33,378 bases of DNA from sequence record PQ657771.1, one strand, 5' to 3'. Numbering within the stretch: the stretch's first letter is position 1; each line of letters begins with the position of its first letter. This DNA comes from Escherichia phage EC.P3. Of this stretch, positions 28,114 through 33,378 are shown piece after piece. A program made the translations under genes and the position numbers. The notes under the pieces were generated by a model, which saw nothing but the letters and a program-made list of their open reading frames with translations, ran no database searches and was not told the origin of the DNA.

Positions 28114-29609
28114 CATCCAACTCCGCAAGGTATGTTGTAGCTTGAGTAATCAATCTCTTTAGGATCTTTGATGTCTCGCATCTGTATTGCAAAACGCCTC
28201 ATCATGTAGCCATAGCGAACAGCAGAAAGGATGTCGTCATTTAGCTTGACGATCTTCCCGTTCTCATCGCGGTGATACAGACGAAACTCTTCAAAGAATG
28301 GCTCGCAGGTGTTAAATACCTTGAAACGACCGTCGAGCATCATGTCGCGTATCTCTGCTATCCCGGGTTCGACCGCATTACCTCCATCAGGCCATGTTGC
28401 ATGATCTGGCAACATGTCGAACCCAGCTTCGGCGTATTGTTCCTTGAGCTGAGCGCCGCCTCCCTTTTCGTGCTGATGCCCGTCATGAGGCCAAGCCGTA
28501 GGGGTGTTTTTGCTCCATGCTTTAACAGCACTCCATGCCTCTGTCGCCTTCTTCTGTTTGGCCTTCCAGACGCGAGAAAGATAAATCACGTCCTCGTCTT
28601 TATCCCACCAAAGCTGGATATGTGCCTGTGGGTGATCCCATCCGAAGTCCATTGCATTGATGACGTAGAAGTGATCAGGACACTCGAACGGCTGACACTT
28701 AATCGTCTCTTCCGGTATCTGGAAGATTCGACCGCTACCCATCGTAGGAATACCGCGAGCACGCGCCTCTCTCTCATGCTCGGGATAGGATGCGATGATT
28801 TGCTCTTTCTGTTCGTCTGTGTAGTGCTCAGCGTCATAGATGGTCATGTTGACCACTTTCTGCGACTTGCTGGGATTCTTCAGGAACTTGGTAACAACGT
28901 CAGACATCCCCATCAGCGGGGTAAACGTCAGAATTGAGAATTGCCCGTATTTGTTGGTACGGGTAAGACCTTCGCCATAAATGCTGTATGGTGGCTCTTC
29001 GTCAAACCACACGCCGTGGATTGTGTCACCCTGCCAGCGAGCGCGGCCTTGCGAGTATGGTTTGAAGTAGCAGATTGAAATGCCATCTTCAACGCCATCA
29101 GCCGTGTGATGCTTAACCAGAAGATGATCAACAAGGTTCGGAAAGAAAGGAGACTTCTTCCAGCTAATGATGTCTTCTTTAGGTATGGAACCGTAGCCTG
29201 GCTCATCATTCTCTTCGATACGACCACACAGGATGCGTTGAGTCGTTTTGGTTACAGTCTCGTTTGTCTCGCCGCCAATCCAGAAGACAACAGGCTCATA
29301 GAAACGCTTACCTTTCCACTCACCGCCATATTTACCATCAGCAGGATAGCCTTTTGTGCCCGGGTAACGCCCGGTAAGGTGAAACGCGACTTCAGCAGCA
29401 CCAGTAAATGACTTACCAAGCTGGTTACCAGCCATAAAACATCGCTCTGGATAGTCATGCCCGGCGTCGATGAACTCACGCTGTTTGCTGTATGGCGTAA
29501 ATTCATATAGCAGGTGTGTGTTACGGTAGTTCTCTTCTTCTTCGAGTAGCTCGAGCAATTCGATTTGCTCTTCGTCGCTCAAGTTATCAAGAATCGCGTC
29601 CAGTTCCAC
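28113..29609 (-). CDS. terminase large subunit
   Basis: 498-aa translation matches P22 gp2 as recalled ([37 protein letters not shown]...); track start at 29609 appears to be GTG. Confidence 0.95.
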   Translation of the reverse strand: MELDAILDNLSDEEQIELLELLEEEENYRNTHLLYEFTPYSKQREFIDAGHDYPERCFMAGNQLGKSFTGAAEVAFHLTGRYPGTKGYPADGKYGGEWKGKRFYEPVVFWIGGETNETVTKTTQRILCGRIEENDEPGYGSIPKEDIISWKKSPFFPNLVDHLLVKHHTADGVEDGISICYFKPYSQGRARWQGDTIHGVWFDEEPPYSIYGEGLTRTNKYGQFSILTFTPLMGMSDVVTKFLKNPSKSQKVVNMTIYDAEHYTDEQKEQIIASYPEHEREARARGIPTMGSGRIFQIPEETIKCQPFECPDHFYVINAMDFGWDHPQAHIQLWWDKDEDVIYLSRVWKAKQKKATEAWSAVKAWSKNTPTAWPHDGHQHEKGGGAQLKEQYAEAGFDMLPDHATWPDGGNAVEPGIAEIRDMMLDGRFKVFNTCEPFFEEFRLYHRDENGKIVKLNDDILSAVRYGYMMRRFAIQMRDIKDPKEIDYSSYNIPCGVG

Positions 29610-30075
29610 GGTTGAATAGCTCCTTGATACGAGAGCGCCGCTTATCGCGATCTCCCTTATCAGGTGTCACGTCTTCAACTTGCGACTGCTCTTTGAGGCC
29701 CAAATCACGGGCGATGATGTTAGCGTTGAGAAGGTCAGCGGCTGCGCCAGAGAATTTCTGGTCGTAGATGATGTCTTCCGCTCGTGATGTGACGTCAGAA
29801 AAACCTTCCATTGACCGGAAGGTTCCCCATGTTTGCCTGGTGATATCAAGGAAGGTACACAATCCTGAAATAGTCATGGCTCGCATCTTAGGGACATTAG
29901 CCTTAATTATTTCTCCCTGATATGAAAATACCTTACCCTCCCATAGCGGGTTATCATCAGCCCACTCGAAGTATTCACAACAAGCAGCCCACAGCGCCTC
30001 AGGCGATTCGAATTTAGGATTTCGCCCATGACTACTGCGGGCCTCCCAAAATCGGTTGCCCTTTGGTGCTGCCAT
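29587..30075 (-). CDS. terminase small subunit
   Basis: 162 aa; [40 protein letters not shown] and C-terminal [19 protein letters not shown] match P22 gp3 as recalled. Confidence 0.95.
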   Translation of the reverse strand: MAAPKGNRFWEARSSHGRNPKFESPEALWAACCEYFEWADDNPLWEGKVFSYQGEIIKANVPKMRAMTISGLCTFLDITRQTWGTFRSMEGFSDVTSRAEDIIYDQKFSGAAADLLNANIIARDLGLKEQSQVEDVTPDKGDRDKRRSRIKELFNRGTGRDS

Positions 30076-30154
30076 ATTGATTATTTCCCTTCTGCTTGCT
30101 TATCCCATTCATCGCGGAATTTGGATGGGTTGTCGAAACCTTGAGTTGCCATGT

Positions 30155-30397
30155 TTATGCTCCGGTAGTGAACAGGTCTAACGCTTCCTTCGATTTACGC
30201 ACCGCTTCGATTGTGCGGGTCGTGATATCTGAATTAGCGCCGCCTGACTGGAAGTGAATTTTGAATAGCTCAAGCTTCAGCTCGTCAGTGCCAATGAACT
30301 GAAATGCTTCTTCTGCGGCTGCGTTCTGGTTCATGACCAGTTTGTAAATCTCTAGCTGGAATTTCTGTTCTTCAGTCATGGGAATAATCTCTGCCAT
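30155..30397 (-). CDS. hypothetical soluble protein upstream of terS
   Basis: 80 aa, no hydrophobic segment. Confidence 0.5.
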   Translation of the reverse strand: MAEIIPMTEEQKFQLEIYKLVMNQNAAAEEAFQFIGTDELKLELFKIHFQSGGANSDITTRTIEAVRKSKEALDLFTTGA

Positions 30398-30754
30398 TGT
30401 TGGCTCCGTTTATCCGTTAAAAGGGATATCAGTTAAGTTATCCCGTGTAGGGTATAAGCCATTGTCGAGACCACTCATTGAATGGTCTCTGCAATAACCG
30501 ATGTCTTTCCATCAGTCCGCCACCACAAAGAATCTTTTTTGCCATAAGGCAGGAGGTTCATCTTTCAGTGGCTGCCAGTGTTATTTCCCCACTTACTGGC
30601 TTGGGTTGTTTCGCTGTACTGCCGTAACTGGTTTCCCAGAATAAATTCCGGTTTCATTATCAAGCCCACCCGTAGATGGGCTTTGTAATGGATAGCTGTT
30701 GCTCAGTTCTCGTAATGCTTTGATTTTTCCGATAACGCAGTTTTGCGTTTGCCA

Positions 30755-31276
30755 TCAGCACGCGATATCGAGAGTCAGCTGCAGTTGCTCGCGCCAGTAC
30801 TCGACATTTGCTTCAATAACCGGCTTATCCCATCGCCAGCGAGCCATCTCTCTTGCCCCATTGCTGGCTTTTGATTTCCGGTCATCGCGAATGCGACATG
30901 CTTGCTCATATTTCTGCTGCTCAGTCAGTTCACCGCGAAGCAGACTATCAATGTGCAGGTCGCACCATACGGAGAATTTCGGATCGCACCATCTTGCAAA
31001 GGCAACTGATAACTTTGGGTGCAGCCATGTTCCGCCTCCCCTGTCCTTTCGTGCCTTGCTTGTTTTTACATACCCGGAATCACGGGTATGTAGAATTTTC
31101 GATGGTTCACCTGAATAAACCTCATCCAGAGCTCTAACGTATTCGAGAGTTTCAGCGTTGGACAACCAGTGATCCAGACGCTTCCCGAAACGTTTTGCAA
31201 TATCAGTGGCATTAATCCAGCCATCCGTATTGAAGCGGATAGGTTCGCCTTTGTAATTCAGTGGAACGATATTCAT
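30755..31276 (-). CDS. KilA-N domain protein
   Basis: GEPIRFNTDGWINATDIAKRFGKRLDHWL and GGGTWLHPKLSVAFARWCDPKFSVW fit the KilA-N pattern. Confidence 0.65.
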   Translation of the reverse strand: MNIVPLNYKGEPIRFNTDGWINATDIAKRFGKRLDHWLSNAETLEYVRALDEVYSGEPSKILHTRDSGYVKTSKARKDRGGGTWLHPKLSVAFARWCDPKFSVWCDLHIDSLLRGELTEQQKYEQACRIRDDRKSKASNGAREMARWRWDKPVIEANVEYWREQLQLTLDIAC

Positions 31277-31422
31277 AGCGTCTTACCTTTTAGAAAGATG
31301 AGCCTGTTCGCACAGAAAAGCCGCCCCGAGATGGTCGCCACCATATACGGCAGTTCTCAGGCTCAGCTTTCTGAAAGACTCGGGATTGTTACGCGCTGCG
31401 ATGCGCTGTTTACTGCAGATGT

Positions 31423-31446
31423 AAAAAAGCCCCGCGAATGCGAGGC
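31423..31446 (-). terminator. rho-independent terminator downstream of Rz region
   Basis: Minus-strand GCCTCGC-ATTC-GCGGGGC (one G-U pair) then TTTTTT. Confidence 0.6.
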
Positions 31447-31620
31447 TAAATCCTGGTGTTTTTGATGACTGGCTCTTATCTCAACGCAGCCCCTTACCGC
31501 GCGCCAGATGCTCAATATCAAGCATCAGCAATGAGATGTTTAATCTGGATTCACTCCAGAAGTGATCATCACCCTGTCTACAGAGCCAGATGTGAAGGAT
31601 GATGAGTAAAATTATCGCTA

Positions 31621-32007
31621 TCATCGAAGGCATTGCGTCCTGATGTACTCCTGCAGGTAGTTAACCTGCGCGGTTATCCTGTCGATTCCACTTCGGAGAC
31701 GGTAATAATTGAGTTCAGCATCTGCTGTAAGTCTTGGGCTTTCTCCATCGCCCATGCTGCTGGCTCCGGTCGTTGACTTTGCACAGATGGCGGCGACTTG
31801 CAGGCGCTTACGACCAGCAGAAACATCAGCACGGAGACTTTCGATAGTCGCGTTAGCATCAGCAAGCTCCTTTGTGTATCTGGCGTCAAGTTCTGCTACA
31901 TCACGTTGACGCTTCTGCATGTCAGCGATTGTGGATGTGGCCTTATCGCGCTGCTCTTTATAGGCGATTGTGGCGACCGGTGCTGATCTCCGGTTTGCTG
32001 CAACTGC
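31621..32007 (-). pseudogene. Rz: Rz (i-spanin) remnant lacking in-frame N-terminal membrane anchor
   Basis: Frame reads AVAANRRSAPVATIAYKEQRDK...MQKRQRDVAELDARYTKELADA...QCLR, homologous to the lambda Rz periplasmic domain; in-frame TAG at 32008..32010 and no start before Met 31920; a Rz-anchor-like stretch SALIVVV sits in another frame. Confidence 0.5.
31674..31859 (-). CDS. Rz1: Rz1-like o-spanin lipoprotein embedded in Rz frame +1
   Basis: MLTRLSKVSVLMFLLVVSAC with lipobox LVVSAC then Pro-rich segment; embedded as in lambda. Confidence 0.6.
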   Translation of the reverse strand: MLTRLSKVSVLMFLLVVSACKSPPSVQSQRPEPAAWAMEKAQDLQQMLNSIITVSEVESTG

Positions 32008-32063
32008 CTACAGCGGGCTACGTGGCCACACCGAATCCAGCGAAAGATTCTTGCCCTTACACA

Positions 32064-32321
32064 TCAGCCTGTGCATTCACCACAACGATAAGAGCACTGC
32101 GCGGCACCTTTCACCAATTCCGCGAGGTCTGCGGGTCGTCTTCCCCTCTTGCCCTGTTTGACTATCAGGACGCCGTTAACTATTGCGTGACGCTCGCCTT
32201 TGCTGTCTCTGTTGTACTTGAGCACTGTTCCTCTTGCACAGGAAAGCCTCCTCGCCACTTCGGTCTGATTGCCTCGTGTCTGGATAAGAAGTTCTGGTAT
32301 CGTTTGAATTGTGGCGTTCAT
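32064..32321 (-). CDS. ninH: NinH-like protein with about 25-aa non-homologous C-terminal extension
   Basis: First 57 aa (TIPELLIQTRGNQTEVARRLSCARGTVLKYNRDSKGERHAIVNGVLIV) resemble lambda NinH; extension runs toward the Rz remnant. Confidence 0.6.
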   Translation of the reverse strand: MNATIQTIPELLIQTRGNQTEVARRLSCARGTVLKYNRDSKGERHAIVNGVLIVKQGKRGRRPADLAELVKGAAQCSYRCGECTG

Positions 32322-32680
32322 ACGTTCTCCAGTTCGGTGATTTTTATTCCAAGCCTTCCGCCTGGTACTTTCACACCACGAATTACGCGAATGTCATCGA
32401 ATTGCTCGTCGTCTTCCGCAAATCCGGCGTGGATAAGGGAGTCGAGTAAACCTTTCAGGATGTTGTCGAGGTCGCGGCGGCGGGAGTCTGGAACGTCTGC
32501 GATGACTTTGATACGGACTCGTGATTTGGTGAAAATGTCTAACTTGAGTTGGCGAATGATTTGCTGAACGTCTTTTCGGTATTTCTGGCCTTTATCGCTG
32601 ATGTAGTATTGGCTTCCCCGTCTTCGCCAGTAGGTATTCACCGACGGCGGGTAAGGAAGCACAAACTGATATTCGTTCAT
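32318..32680 (-). CDS. rusA: RusA-family Holliday junction resolvase
   Basis: 120 aa, start with PYPPSVNTYW, acidic catalytic region; coupled to flanking nin genes. Confidence 0.85.
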   Translation of the reverse strand: MNEYQFVLPYPPSVNTYWRRRGSQYYISDKGQKYRKDVQQIIRQLKLDIFTKSRVRIKVIADVPDSRRRDLDNILKGLLDSLIHAGFAEDDEQFDDIRVIRGVKVPGGRLGIKITELENV

Positions 32681-32967
32681 GGCTTAATCTTCCCCTCCTT
32701 CAGCAGTATCGCCTGCGTCCTGATCACGCCTTCGAGGTGGTAAAGTCTGGCGTCTTTGTTGTCGAGATTATGGGTGCGTCGGTCGATTTCATCGTGACAC
32801 GCGCTACAAGCCCATGCGCCGATCAGGTCGTCAGGCTTCATTCCCGTTCCGCAAATTCCAGCCATCCGGTAATGTGCCAGAACTGTAGTTTCAGGATTGC
32901 CATTGCATACGCCGTAAATACGTACCTGACATTCTCTGCCGCGTGCTTCTTTGCGTAGATTGGCCAT
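32677..32967 (-). CDS. DUF1364 (YbcO-like) nin-region protein
   Basis: RGRECQVRIYGVCNGNPETTVLAHYRM...GAWACSACHDEIDRRTH matches the YbcO pattern as recalled; directly upstream of rusA as in DLP12. Confidence 0.7.
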   Translation of the reverse strand: MANLRKEARGRECQVRIYGVCNGNPETTVLAHYRMAGICGTGMKPDDLIGAWACSACHDEIDRRTHNLDNKDARLYHLEGVIRTQAILLKEGKIKP

Positions 32968-33378
32968 TAAGCAGCCTCCCCTGTTACTTTCAGCATTCCG
33001 TTATCGAGCAGCTTTCTGGTCAGCCACTGTTGGCCACGCCCGGTGATTTTTGTGGTGAACGATATCTGTATTCCGTGATTTGTATTGACCGCTGTTTCTT
33101 TCACTGTGAAATAGCCGCGATCCATATATTCCTGCATTGGCACATTGCGCCGGGAACCTGAAGCAATAAGGATTTTGTGATCGCGCATCCACGCAAACAG
33201 TTTGTTTTGACCAATTCCAACAACCTTTGCAAAGTTTCCAATCAAAATTCCGCTGGCCTCGCCAACGCGATCGGCAAACTCAACTTTAGGTGCGGCAATT
33301 GCGAGCTGGTTTTCCAGTTGCATTTTCTGCTCAGCAAGATCAGCAGCAAGGCGCAACGCTTCTGGTAGCGTTTTGGGG
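32967..33378 (-). CDS. KilAC-type antirepressor C-terminal part; 5' end runs off window end and is frame-continuous with 1..347
   Basis: PKTLPEALRLAADLAEQKMQLENQLAIAAPKVEFADRV linker then KilAC-like core; ORF open to position 33378. Confidence 0.65.
   Translation of the reverse strand, partial: PKTLPEALRLAADLAEQKMQLENQLAIAAPKVEFADRVGEASGILIGNFAKVVGIGQNKLFAWMRDHKILIASGSRRNVPMQEYMDRGYFTVKETAVNTNHGIQISFTTKITGRGQQWLTRKLLDNGMLKVTGEAA

Larger units (their letters stand above)
1..33378. mobile_element. P22-like temperate phage genome, probably complete and circularly permuted
   Basis: Synteny terS-terL-portal-scaffold-coat-gp4-gp10-gp26-gp14-gp7-gp20-gp16-immI-tailspike with translations closely matching P22 gp3, gp2, gp10, gp26 as recalled; cro/cII/N/nut immunity region; integrase with repeat-rich attP-like region; end genes join in frame. 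Confidence 0.85.

Noticed and set aside
28272-28937. 221-aa plus-strand ORF
   Set aside because: Lies entirely antisense to the terminase large-subunit gene; low-complexity translation; shadow ORF.
30400-30760. Possible tRNA gene in the structured intergenic region
   Set aside because: Inverted repeats have 6 to 7 bp stems with 8 to 10 nt loops and there is no T-loop GTTCRANNC motif or cloverleaf arrangement.
31872-32567. 231-aa plus-strand ORF
   Set aside because: Antisense to the Rz remnant, NinH and RusA genes, which have clear homology; shadow ORF.

Overview
The window reads as a P22-like (lambdoid, short-tailed) temperate phage genome from an enterobacterial host, and is probably the complete circularly permuted genome. 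All calls rest on reading the supplied ORF translations and the DNA by eye; no database search was run. The minus strand carries cro, cII, a nin-like block (YbcO-like, RusA, NinH), an Rz/Rz1 remnant, then terS, terL, portal, scaffold, coat, gp4, gp10, gp26, gp14, gp7, gp20, gp16, an immI-like accessory region, tailspike and a P4-type integrase. The plus strand carries a short CI-like repressor, a NYN-domain gene, nutL, N and a pL-type early operon (RecT, Gp157-like, Ea22-like, DUF551). The partial genes at the two window ends join in frame into one Rha-N/KilAC antirepressor-like protein, which is the basis for calling the molecule circular and complete. Three accessory loci look most worth follow-up: (1) a NYN-domain putative nuclease in the rexAB-equivalent slot between the repressor and N; (2) a Panacea/DUF4065 protein paired with an unrecognised 140-aa partner in the sieA-equivalent slot; (3) an Mnt-like repressor translationally coupled to a ClpP-like serine protease. 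I could not find replication initiator/helicase genes, a Q-type late activator, a holin or an endolysin, and Rz appears to lack its N-terminal anchor, so the element may be a deletion derivative or helper-dependent.
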